A DNA stretch of 64,000 nt from Polymyxa betae A26-41. Lineage: Eukaryota > Protista > Endomyxa: Phytomyxea. The position numbers and the translations under genes are program-made. Location of the stretch: assembly GCA_003693705.1 (NCBI GenBank), contig RBZT01000125.1, positions 467,966 to 531,965 on the forward strand, written 5' to 3'. This document shows, piece after piece, positions 22,711-34,628 of this stretch (position 1 is its first letter; every line of letters starts with the position of its first letter). The notes under the pieces were generated by a model, which saw only the letters and a list, made by a program, of their open reading frames with translations, was not told the origin of the DNA and ran no database searches.

Positions 22711-23679
22711 ATGTCAGCAGAATCGATCAGCCCACAGAATGGCAGGAATTACCATCGCGTTGCTGGTCGCTGGAGTTGAGTATGTGAGTAGGACAAAGAC
22801 GATCAGGGGCGGTCAAGCGGATCATGCAGGAGCTGAGAGAACTGCAGGAGAACCAATCCAGCGATTTCCAAGCGTGCCCGCTCGAAGACAACCTATTCGA
22901 ATGGCATTTCACGATTCGAGGGCCTGCTGAGACTGAATTTCAGGGCGGGGTATATCATGGAAGACTTATGCTGTAGAGACGTTCTACATAAAGAGGTTGA
23001 TCTAACGATTTTGTAGACCTAGCGGCTATCCATTCCATCCGCCTGATTTAATGTTGTTAACTGTGAGTGCGATATAATTGTGATTCAAGAATAACTGAAT
23101 CGATTGGCAGCCTTCTGGACGATTCGAAGTCGGCAAGAAGATATGCCTAAGGTTGGTGACAGGATCCTCAATGGTTAAACTGCTCTGAGTATTGATAGCA
23201 TTTCTGGTTATCATCCTGAATACTGGCAGGTATGACTTGCCATACTTTATTTGAAGTAGCTGATCGTTGATTCTCGCAAGCCTTCGTGGAGCATCCGCAC
23301 CGTTTTAGTGGCTCTGATTGCTTTTATGCCAACCGATCCTCAAGGCGCGATAGGATCGCTGAACTATAGCCCAGAAGAAAGGCGCGCTCTGGCAAGAGAA
23401 AGCGTCTCATGGACATGCCAAGGATGTGGCTCATCGAATGCAGAATGTTTCGGATCAAGCGAACTAACGCCACAGATAACAACCGATACAAACGATGTCC
23501 CGGTATCGAACCCACCCGAGAACATCCACCCAGACCAAAACGTTGAAGAAATTCTAAGCACAGAAATCGTGGACATCAAACGGGATGCGTCAAGCGGAGA
23601 TGTAATTTGGACTTCTGTTATCGTGGCATTAGTAGCAGCCATATTCGCGATTCTGATTAAGAAAGCGATCTCAACCTAA
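22711..23679 (+). CDS. UBE2J1: Tail-anchored ERAD ubiquitin-conjugating enzyme (Ubc6/UBE2J1)
   Basis: Spliced product AVKRIMQELREL...PLEDNLFEWHFTIRGP..TEFQGGVYHGR...PSGRFEVGKKICLSISGYHPEYWQPSWS; C-terminal transmembrane helix; start codon tentative. Confidence 0.93.
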
Positions 23680-23738
23680 AACAGCAATGTAAAAACATAT
23701 CAAATGAAATTAAATGTATGATGCAGAGAGCTGGAGTT

Positions 23739-24977
23739 TTAAGAACTGGTTTGTACAGGAATATCGGTTGCCTCAGGCATTCCAAGTCCAACATGTTTAG
23801 CAACACCTTCACATAACTTCTTGTTATCACGATTATTTCCCCAGCCATATTCTCTTAATAATCCCTGTTCAGAGGTCGTCACCTAATGACTGCAATAGGA
23901 ATGTGACGCAGACCTCGTGGGCGAATGTCTTCTCCAGCGTATCTGCAAAGTTGCTGTCAACCAGCTGTTGGCATTGCTGTACTTGTTGGAGCCAGGCTGT
24001 CGTTGCCGCCTTGATCGTAGGAGTGGCTTGCTCGGCCTGGCAGCGAAGAACCAAACGAGAAATGGTAGACAGTGTCATGATGCTGTTTTTGCGTTATGCT
24101 CTAAACCTCTCTAACACACAGCGTGATCATCTTATTGCAATTTGCTATTTATTTATTCACCAATTCGCAAGACTTAACACAATCCAGTTGTTTGATTTTA
24201 CATTGAACTTGACTAGAGTCGATTTTGCTGGGAAATCGACAAAGGGCACGAACGCAATCGGAAGCAATTTGACGGAAACTGATCCACTGAATACTGTTAT
24301 TTAACTCTGCAGAACCGTTGATTGCCTGCTTAAGACTGACAAGATCGACACCTGGATTAAATCGGAGATCGAACAACGCACAAAAGCTGTCTGATAATTC
24401 CAGCAGCTTTTTCGTGCGTTTTTGCGAAAGCGTCAACGTCGATTCGGAAATCAATCTCAGATCCATTTCAAGCGACATAAGCTGCTTCAGGAAACCGACA
24501 TTTGGATTGACGAAATGGCGCTTTGATAATATGTCGCTAAAAATGTCGTTAAGGGTGCGGGTCGTTGACCTTAAAAGATACGCCATGCAAACGGTGGGAG
24601 ACCGAGATGCCCCTGCAACACAATGGACAAGGACGCCATGGCCCCGTTCACGAGCCTCGTCAATCAACCGATACGTTTGATCAAAGCTTTTGCTGATAGT
24701 CTCGCTGGCTGTATCTAATAAAGACAATTCTATGACATTGAACTCTCCAGGGCATTTTACAGCCAGTTTCGATTTACACTCGATGGCACAGTTAATAATT
24801 GTCTGAGAATAATTGATTAAAAATGAAACAAAAAGAATATATTTAAACGGTTACTCTGATTTTGTAATGGCGAAGAGCTTTGACTTGCTTGGCATCTTGT
24901 TGATTGCCAAGGTACAATAGAGAGGGAATCAGTTCAGTCGCTCGCCATAACGAAGGCCCAGCTCCTTCCGACGACAT
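23739..24977 (-). CDS. Dual-specificity protein phosphatase with C-terminal extension
   Basis: LYLGNQQDA, VHCVAGASRS active-site loop, VNPNVGFLKQL; joining of the 3' exons (23739-24080) is not fully resolved. Confidence 0.88.
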
Positions 24978-25321
24978 GTTCTCTAATCGAATGGCCGAGG
25001 TTAGCGCGAGAGCCGGCCAACAACAGGTAGCTGTACGATCGAACGACGCCAAGTACGGTAGCGTTTGGTCACACCGCGAGCAGCAGAGTGACAAACGAAT
25101 CGTTTCCCCCCATGATCAAAGTTCGGAGTTTCGATCAAACAGTCGTAAAGCGACTAAACTAGCTATTATCTGATCGATAATTGAATATGGAGTTGGTTGG
25201 AAGGCGGTATAGAGACCCCAGCACCCACCCCATGACCCCATGACCCCATGATGACCTGCCTGAGGGTGGAGCGGCCATCCCTCTTTGACCTATTGCGTTT
25301 ATAGCTTCAGGTTTCGTGATC

Positions 25322-25760
25322 TTTCCAACTACTTGGCCTGGTCTAATTCTTATTAACTGCATCGGCTTCATCCAGGGCTGATAATACTGTGAGGTACCTG
25401 TTATCGATGACCCTGTCGGATATGTCAGTGAGAGATATTTGTATTTTGGACATTGTGGTTGGTCGCTTAATGCGGTTGGCCTGGAAGCTCGACTTGCCAG
25501 ACGCGCTGCACCACGAATTGGGCGTCTTGTATTGGTGCTCCGAAATGTATGCATTCTTGTACGAGGCTGTTAAACAGGACGCAGGTTGGGATCCGATACA
25601 GGGCGGGAGTTTGTAACCATTTCTTGACGGATGTCCTTACGACCTGATCCCAAACAGAGAATATATCACAATCGAAAAGAGAAATCCCCAAAATTGGAGG
25701 ATATAATGGCGTTGTGCAGACCGTTCTACTTGAACTTCGCTGGCGTTGTTGACGTCCCAA
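25322..25760 (+). mobile_element. Decayed retroelement integrase core (Ty1/copia-like)
   Basis: One frame from 25322 reads TWPGLILINCIGFIQG**Y...VIDDPVGYV...TGRRLGSDTGREF, then NGVVQ after a frameshift; resembles the rve layout IHxDxxGP..IDD..RSDNGGEF..NGxxER; three stops. Confidence 0.45.
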
Positions 25761-26914
25761 GAATTTGGTGATGACAAAGGGTGGCGGTGAGAGTAAGGGC
25801 TGAGGAATGTTCTCGTACCGATTCATTGTCATATGAACGGCCGATCCCTCCATCAAACACGTTCAAGGTCCGATCACGGCCGACCTCTTTGCTCAATCTA
25901 TTTGTCTCCATAAGTTTGCTGGTGGTTAACCTGAGATGCTAGAAATCGTCATGGATATATATGATCATACAAGCATTATCTTATCATGGTTCAATTAGAC
26001 ATCTAAACCGAAAGAGAGGATTCAAACCCTTAACTAATTTCAGTAATCGTGCATTCACCTTTTGCAGTAGGGTAGTCCGTAGCTTAGTTGTCAATCGTTT
26101 GATGTGAGCCCTGCTTCAGTTACCGACCGTTGATTAATACGAAAGAGAATGGCATTCATCTTCAATTACCCTTCCGGCAAATGCACGAAGTAAATCTCAG
26201 CATGTAAACTGAATTTCTTCGACCAAATGCCCAACTGAAGCATCAGACCTTCGCAGACATTTTCAAAAATGATTTGATTCTGATTAGCACATTTTAGTAC
26301 CTGCAGTTTCAGGTTGTTTGTCTCCAGCCAGAACAGCCATTATACGACTGAACATGGTGAATCAGCCATCGCGAGCCCGGATTAATGCTGTCTGCCGATT
26401 CCCTACTATTGTCGTGATGGCTGTCTAATTCTGAATCTAGGGCCATAATAAGGTAGCTAAAGTTCGGTCAGCATTCGAAGAGTTTTCGATAGTGTTGTCC
26501 GGCATTGCTCAAGAAATACAGCATCGAACATTGTCAATATAATTCTGCCAAACAAGAGTAGCTGGAAAACTACATACACAAATCGCTGATGAACAACGCA
26601 AATTTGAAGCTCTGTTATCAATCAGGAAATTCGCCTCTACTTCGGGCAACAACATTCCATACTCCTAATGTCTATTCCTCGTTTTTTTATTTCTAGCATT
26701 GAATTGCTTAATACCGCAGAGAAATTCCAGACAGAACACGTTGCTGTAGCGGAAATGATTGGTGAATAGATTGTCATTTCCAATCTATTGAATGCTGGAA
26801 GTTCAGACTCTCAATTGATTCATCTCTCCGACAGTTCGTACGGACCAACCAATGCAAATTGTAGCCTAATGCGGTCATATAATCACAACTACAATTAGGT
26901 TCGTATTCATACTA

Positions 26915-27643
26915 ATGCCAACCCAATTAGTCTATCGAGTCGAAAAAGCGAAATCCTCCAGATCCAAATGCAAGGTTGGTGAAACCAGATCCGGTTTCCG
27001 GCGGAAATATTCACCTGAACCAGGGTGCGTGTAAACAAGCAATTCCTCGAGACGCCTTGCGATTTGGATCCGTTGGCGATGCATTGCATGGGACCTATGT
27101 CTGGCGCTGCATGGATTGTTTAACAAGTCAGCAAGTTGTATCAGCTGAAAGTGTAAGCACACGTCTTGTATGAGGAACGAGACTCGAAGTATTGTCTAGG
27201 TTCATGGATCTATAGATAAAATTCCAGGTCTTGACGAACTGCCTGAAGGCGACCGTATAACGTATTCGATAACCTTGTCCATGAACGAAAAATGAAGTAA
27301 CAAGTACATTAGGGCCATCGACAGGATAAATACTTGCAAACAAACTGGCGAAGAAGCTGGAAATAGAGTGAAGGGTAAAGATAGGACCACAGAAAAAGAA
27401 AATATCAAGCCGATGGAAGGTGAAGGCATCGAAGAACGTTCTGTCCATCTAGCAAAACCGAAAGGCAAAAGTGTCGCAGGAAAGCGTAAAAAGGCGGAGG
27501 CAGAACGAGGCGATACAGGAACCGATTCGGAAGGCGGCGTTCATGCAGAGGAAGGAGGTGAAGTCAGTGGACATGAAGAAGTTGAAGGGCGTCGTGCTTC
27601 GTCTGAAGAAGTGCCTGCTAAGAAGGCTGCCGTACAGGTTTAA
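26915..27643 (+). CDS. Stand-alone PARP-type zinc-finger protein, 193 aa, 4 exons
   Basis: Exons 26915-26974, 27024-27152, 27200-27261, 27313-27643 (582 nt; GT-AG introns of 49, 47, 51 nt) give YRVEKAKSSRSKCKGACKQAIPRDALRFG...WRCMDC...IPGLDELPEGDR plus a charged tail. Confidence 0.88.
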
Positions 27644-27812
27644 ATTTAAAGGTTGCTGAACGTTACTGGTAATACTAAAGTTATTGGTCTACAACTAAAC
27701 GCGTGCTTTCTCGGTTGATGTAAGAACAGAAGTCGTCGCAGCTTTGACTGCTACGTGCAAACCCATCAGATACTTATTCAATTCAACAATTGAAGCTGTT
27801 ATCATCAATTGC

Positions 27813-27896
27813 GCATTTGTGGCCGAGCGGTCCAAGGCGTCCGACTCAAGTTCGGATCCTCGTCAGAGGGCGTGGGTTCAAATCCCATCGAATGCA
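27813..27896 (+). tRNA. tRNA-Leu (anticodon CAA), intronless, long variable arm
   Basis: Acceptor stem GCATTTG/CGAATGC with A discriminator; D arm TGGCCGAGCGGTCCAAGGC; anticodon arm TCCGA-CTCAAGT-TCGGA; T arm GTGGGTTCAAATCCCAT; T-run immediately downstream. Confidence 0.96.
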
Positions 27897-28495
27897 TGTT
27901 TTTGATTTCGTTGGCTTGCAGCAATTGGTTTTGTATTCTATGGTGGCGCCTACCAGTCAGGTCTAGTCTCGCTACCTGTATGATAGCCTTGCATCTGGGG
28001 CTACCATATGACACATCCTCTTATTTTCGATAATGAGGGTGGTCGGGTCCCACCATGCGCCATTCTGCTGCATGAAACGTAATATCAATTATGAGGCAGT
28101 GTAATCCTCGAAGCATTCTGTTCTGTCTTGTCTCTTTCATCTCATGGTTCCGATCCTCGACGTCTTGAACGTGCTGCTGTCGCCGTGTGAACTCCTCCGA
28201 GTCACTCATTGGTGCAGGCGCAGGCTTACATCCGCTGTCGGTCGTATCTCTGGAGTTTACTTCGCGTTCTCCCCTGGTTCTATGTCAGACAGGATAGATT
28301 AACACCGCCTGTATTGGGGACTTTTGCCCAGCTGTGTTCTCTGCTTGGCAGATGGTTCTGGAACGTGCTCGCATTCCTCATGCAACGATTCCCGCGTCCA
28401 CGTCCGTCATGTCACCAAGCGCTTCTAGAATTTGTGTCCTATGATAGACTATCGAGAAATCAAATGGCCATCATTGCTATATCGTTCTCGGTTCT

Positions 28496-31400
28496 ATGTC
28501 GTCACCCGAGGTGGCAATTGTAGCGCCAATGCACGATGATGAAGTTGTCCTGTATCATCTGAATCGGGGCGGCTCCCAATACGATCCTGAGAGTCGACGC
28601 AGCTCTCGCCATGAATCGTTTCGCTTGAAAGACGTTCGGAAACAGCGCGCCAAACTCGATCAAGAAGCGTCATCCGTTCTGTCTCAAGCCGAAATTGAAA
28701 ACGAATTTCATTCGGCCCGTAAAACTGAACATCGTCTATCTGTCAACGGAACCGAGAACATTCGCAACACGAAAGGGTTGACGACATCCGAGGCCGAAGA
28801 TCTTTTGAAGAAATACGGCGCGAATGAATTAACGGAGAACAAGAAGTCAAGATGGAAGCTGTTGCTTGAGCAGTTTACAGGACCGATGCCGATCGGGATT
28901 TGGATCGGTATCGTCATCGAATTCTCGCTACAAAACTTCCTCGATGCTGGCGTCTTATTGACCCTGCAGTTTCTGAACGGGTCCGTTGGATTTTTCGAGA
29001 CCAACAAAGCCGATAATGCCATTGCGGCTTTAAAGGTCAAGAACGATTAGATGGAGTTTGCCAGATTGTTAAATTGTCCATTCAGGCGAGTCTTAAACCG
29101 CACGCTCAAGTTAAACGTGATGGTGGATGGAAGGTGATCGATGCGCGAGAATTAGTGCCCGGCGATTGTATCATGCTTGCAGCCGGGACTGCAGGTCGGT
29201 TGATAAGCCGTTTGGATGCTGTCTGAACTTGCTGATAGTTCCCGCCGATTGTGTTATAAACGAGCACAGTGTGAGCATCGATCAAAGCTCGATCACGGGT
29301 GAATCGATTCCTGTTCGGAAAGTGGCCGGAGACCAGGCGTTTATGGGGTCGACTGTCTCTCGAGGGGAAGCTGAAGCTACTGTGTTCGCAACTGGTAGCC
29401 ATACTGGCCCATAAGTGAGGCCTTTCTAAACTGAGTGATCATCCTTCAGGTATGTCAACAATTTACGGAAAGACTGCGGCGTTGCTGAAGCTCAACGAAT
29501 CCGGCGGTCTGGGAAATCTCGACAAAATCATCCTGCGAATCGTTGCGAACTTATTGGTGCTGTCTGTGGCGTTATGCACAATCACATTGGTCTATCTGTT
29601 AGTTATGGGGCAGAATTTTCGTGAGGCGATCTCATTTACAGTCGTCCTGCTGATTGCTTCTATCCCTGTCGCTATCGAAGTTGTCGTGACCGCCACTTTG
29701 GCGCTGGGATCGCGCGAATTATCCTCTCACAACGCGATCGTTGCAAATTTATCTGCGATTGAGAGATTAGCCGGAATGAGCATTCTATGTTCTGATAAGA
29801 CCGGGACATTAACTCTGAATCAAATGAGAATTCAAGACGAATGCCCAGTATTTTATCCAAACTGCAATCGTGAACAGTTAATCCTTCATGCGGCGTTGGC
29901 CACCAAATGGAACGAACCAGCGAAAGATGCATTAGATACAATGGTTAGTCTCGAAAGCTCTATCCGGATATCTGTCTTAGTTTCTTTCTAGGTGTTAAAT
30001 GTCGCCAATTTAAATGAATGTGGCAAATATGTTCAATTATCGTATACTCCATTCGACCCGGATTTGAAACGAACCGAAGCGAAATTAATGGGCCCTGATG
30101 GACAAACATTCACTACGGTAAAGGGAGCGCCACATGTTCTACTCGCTTTATGTTCTGATCGTGAACGTGTTGGCGATGCTGTTGAAGTCGCAGTTCGAGA
30201 TCTAGCAGGTCGTGGTGTGAGATCATTGGCTGTAGCACGAACCAAGTCAGATGGGAAATTGTATATGATGGGGCTCTTATCGTTCTTGGATCCACCACGA
30301 CCTGATGCTAAACGGACGATCCAAATTGCGAGCTCGTAAGATACTTTTGTGGGTTACAGTGTATTGAAACTGTATGTTTTAGATATGGAGTCGGTGTGAA
30401 GATGATCACAGGAGACCATCAGCTTGTTGCTCGGGAGACTGCCAAGGCGTTAGCAATGGGAAACAATCAGATTATATCATGTGCTTCCAATGTGCTGCCT
30501 GTCATCGATTTACATGCCTGTAATGGGAAACTACCTGAAAACTTAGGACGGCAGTATGGCGATTTGATTCTGGTTTGTATCGTACAGGAGTATTGTCAGC
30601 TTAATTTGAAGCTGCTACACAGAGAGCGGATGGGTTTTCTCAAGCTTTACCTGAACATAAATTCCTGATTATCGAAGCGTTGAAGCAACGTGGGCTTATT
30701 GTCGGTATGACAGGCGATGGTGTCAATGACGCTCCAGCGCTGAAAGCTTCCCATGTCGGAGTGGTAAGTGAAAATGTGTTTTGCTCAAGATGACCTCAGT
30801 GCAATCGTAGGCGGTTCAAGGAGCAACCGATGCAGCTCGAGCTGCAGCTGATATCGTATTAACATCTCCGGGATTAAATGCTATTGTTGAGGCAATAGTC
30901 ATTTCCAGACAAATATTCCAACGGATGAACGCTTTCTTGGTATCACAGATTTTGTAACCACAACATTTTCCTGAACCTTGACCAGATTTATCGTGTTGCT
31001 GCTACCATTCAACTGCTTTTCTTCTTCTTCATTTCGGTGCTTGCAATTAAACCAGCATCTTACAATCCTGAATTTCCACAATTCTGGACTATGCCAGTAG
31101 TCGCTTTGATTACCATCACTGTTCTGAACGACGGTACCATCGTCAGTATTGCCTATGATCATGCGAAACCTGCTAAATCACCACGACATTGGAACATAAA
31201 GCAGCTGTGGTCGCTATCTGGTATACTAGGAGCCGTGGCGTGCTTATCCTCAATTATCATATTGATAACAGCTCTTGATTCGGGGTCACCCAACTCCGTA
31301 TTTCGAACGGTTGGGTTGCCTTCGCTATCATTTGGGCAAGTCATTTCTGTATTATACTGTAAGAATATCGTTGAATTTTAACTCTTAGCTTACTTTGTGA

Positions 31401-31787
31401 TAGTGAAGGTATCTCTTAGCGATTTCTTGACGTTATTCTCGGCTCGTACCGGCAAGCAACCGTTTTTCTCTTTCCACCCGAGTCTGCCTCTAATCGGAGC
31501 TGCGCTTTTTGCATTACTTTCTTCGACGATTATAGCTTTAACGTGGCCATTCAATGAGGGAGCTGATAATGGACAACCTCTGCAGTTTGATATCTGTATG
31601 TTTGTGTGGCTTTATTGCCTGGTATGGTTCTTTATCCAAGACGGTGCGTCTCTGACGATTGCTTTCTAAAGTTCGATTATTGATCAACCTTTGATTAGGC
31701 GTGAAAGTGCTGATGTGCAAACTGTTGGATTGGTACCAGAACAGGGAGATAGCTATGAGGATTTCTGGGGAAATCAGTCAAGCATAG
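28496..31787 (+). CDS. PMA1: Plasma-membrane P3A-type H+-ATPase
   Basis: [66 protein letters not shown]. Confidence 0.96.
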
Positions 31788-32017
31788 CAACCGTTTCAGT
31801 ATCGATATCCCTATTAAATGTTGAGAATCGATTATGACCTCGTTGGATATATTCCGTTCGATTGGATTTTAAGTAGATCCCGATTTCTGTATACCTGCTT
31901 TCTCCAGTTAGAACTCGGAAGCCAAATTGATCAGAAGGCGCAAAAATGCAATGATGACGACAGAAACGTCTTTTCAGTGTTTTAGTGAGACTCAAGGCGA
32001 GAGTTCGTAATATATTT

Positions 32018-32760
32018 CTACTCCAATTTATTACGACAATATAACGCCGACCCATGACAGTTCATCACAGCTTCGTATTCAAGCTTCACGACATCATCTA
32101 TATGGGAACAATCTCGAATGTATAAAGCGCGTCCAATAGCTGACGTCTGAATCCAAAAGTACATTGAGGGTCGCACAAACTTTCTGACAATGACGTGCCA
32201 TATAATAGCAAACAGAGCACCAATAAGACCACCGATAATAACTTGCTCTAAAGTATGGACTTTCATATGAATCCTGTATAGCCTATTGAGGAATCGTGAT
32301 TAATTCCAGAATCGCCTTACCTTGAAAACGCGACAACAGTAGACGTTGTAAACAAAGACATCGATCCCAATACCTTGGTTGCATTTGAAAACCGCATGGT
32401 TAGCATGATGCATGTCATGTATGTTGCGAAAAAGAACATGAATTGAGCATGGTCAGATGGCATTCCATGGCCAGTTCTCAGTGATTCTATGATATTAAAT
32501 GTTTGATAAGCACTCTGTAGAGGAGCCTCACCTAATGGTCTTGGTTGTTTGATCACCCGTTTCAGCGTTATATTGAGCGCTTCGCAAATGAAAGCACCGG
32601 TTGCCAAAAGCCCGGTTTGCAGATCCCTTCTGGAGACAACCAGAGTGAGTACAATGATGACAATGGCGATGGGCAATAACGAGGAGTAAGCCAGTAGCTG
32701 ACTGAGATTGTCGCCCTGTATATACCATACATAGGTGAGGTTCACGACAGTTATGGGCAT
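32018..32760 (-). CDS. DOLPP1: Dolichyl-pyrophosphate phosphatase (PAP2 family, CAX4/DOLPP1)
   Basis: LTYVWY..GD, RRDL, LKRVIKQPRP, GMPSDHAQFM, SRIHMKVHT..QV..G, IRD. Confidence 0.92.
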
Positions 32761-32815
32761 GGCGAATGTTAGATGAGGATCAAGGCTCAACAGAACAAGC
32801 ACGCAGCCCTGAATG

Positions 32816-32834
32816 AAACCCTAAAACCCTAAAA
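32816..32834. repeat. Interstitial telomere-like motif (TTTTAGGG)2, telo-box-like, just upstream of DOLPP1
   Basis: aaaccctaaaaccctaaaa on the plus strand, about 55-75 nt before the DOLPP1 ATG. Confidence 0.55.
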
Positions 32835-32923
32835 AGGGAAACACCCACTATCGAAAACGCCACTTTATTGAATCTAAGCAGACAGCATCTGATAGGTTAA
32901 GATTATGATTCAGTAAGAAAGAA

Positions 32924-34493
32924 TCAGCCTCGGAACCGTATTCCCGACTGGAGTGCAGCCTTCTTGGCAGATGTAGGTTCCAAATGGAGATCAACTTTGC
33001 TTAGGACACTGTCAGCAAACAGTTTCTGCCGCTTCTGCAGAAATCGTCCAGATGGAAGTAAATATTTCATATATCCATCCCAATCGACGTTGATTAGACC
33101 CGCCTGATCGCTGATCATCTTCTTAGTTCGCGCAGCGAATTCAATCGCTGATTCGTCTGCGTGACGACTGACAGGTTGCAAAAACCAGACGTCAGCAACA
33201 ACAGCCCAACCCGTCATTAGATCGAATAAATGTAAGTGAAAGGGACGCGCCCGGGAATTCCAGAAGGCATCAACGTATTGCTTATTATACTTGATCGCGA
33301 TAGGGCAAATTTCGGCATCCATTTCGAAGATCTGAGAGATCATCAACGGAATGAACCGAGTTACGACAACAGTATTACCCCTTTTTTGAACTGTACACAA
33401 TATTCGTTATTAACGCAGGTGCCTTCCGGAAAGATCAATAAACGATTTCCCTCTGGATGCTTAATGTGGTCCTGTATACTGAGCGAAATCGTATCAAAAC
33501 AATGTGGCAACCACCGATTTGAAAACCGAACCGTGTTGCGGTAATAGACCGATCTTTCATCTCAGAGCGTCGAAACCAGATCGGCTTCAGACAAGCCAGA
33601 ACTTTGTCCTGGAAAAAAGCGACCCATCCTTCATGATGTTGGCCCACAATGCTAAATGGAGCTTTCTGTAGCAGCACAATCACGTCGATCATACTGGTAT
33701 GGTTTGCAGCATAAATTTGATTAGATTTCCTTTCAGGAAGCTTTCCATGGAATTTGATTAATCCCGTCCAAGAAAATACAACGGCGTTCGCTAAGAACAT
33801 GATACATTTACACTAAGAACGAATTAAAAGCAATAGAGCCCTCTTAGCATGACTTTACATTCCAGTCATTCCTTCTATCGGCCTTGCAAACCAGTGACCC
33901 TAGCAAGAACCCAAGCGCGGTGAATAGGAGACCAAGAATGAGAATAAGCACACTAAGATTCATAAGAATGTCGCGATGTGAGCTGATATGTTAAACGAAC
34001 CGCAGAGGGAATATGACCCCAAATCGGATCCCGACACCAATGCACCAGAAGAAATATAAAGTTGGCGTCCAGTTCCACGGTCGGACAGGATTCTCTTGAA
34101 AACATCGATGGAATCCGTCCTGCATCAAACATTAGCAACAGTGACCAGCAGGTCCTGCGATCAACGAATCTTACGTCAACGACCATCGAGACGCCTTCGG
34201 TTAAGAATGGGAGCAGATCTGCCAAGATAAACCTACGATCTGATATCACAAACGATCTGCATTAGCGACGACGATATCGAAGGAACCCTTTCTCAATGCC
34301 TTGACCATATGCCTCAAGCAAGACCGTCTCCATCTCCATTTGCATCTTCATCTGATCACTATTCGATGGACCGTCCAGCGACAGGCTAGACAAATCGAAG
34401 GAGCTATCCGAGCACATGCTTTCAGAACGCAGCTGTGAGCGTTTCTGCTGGCCACATTCACCTTTGATTTCGCTCGATGAACGACACCATCAT
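32924..34493 (-). CDS. GPAT9: ER glycerol-3-phosphate acyltransferase (GPAT3/4/GPAT9 type)
   Basis: ANHTSMID, IWFRRSE, LIFPEGTCVNN, ICPIAIKYNKQYVDAFWNS, WDGYMKY. Confidence 0.93.
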
Positions 34494-34628
34494 CTGGTTC
34501 TGCGATACCGACACTCGACGTGCCTGTTTTTGAATCAAAGCATCGTGGTTGGGAGTGTCTGTCGGTTGTGCCAAATCTGGAGGCATGACAATGTGACTAG
34601 GACAAGGCTGAATAGACAAATGATGATT

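Noticed and set aside
27805-28033. ORFs overlapping the tRNA
   Set aside because: Explained by the tRNA-Leu gene; no coding signal.
28021-28490. Short ORFs between the tRNA and the H+-ATPase
   Set aside because: Interrupted by stops, with no motif and no consistent splice model.
7694-34493. Apparent ER/lipid theme (UGGT, UBE2J1, DOLPP1, GPAT)
   Set aside because: Interleaved with unrelated genes; no evidence of co-regulation or a true cluster.
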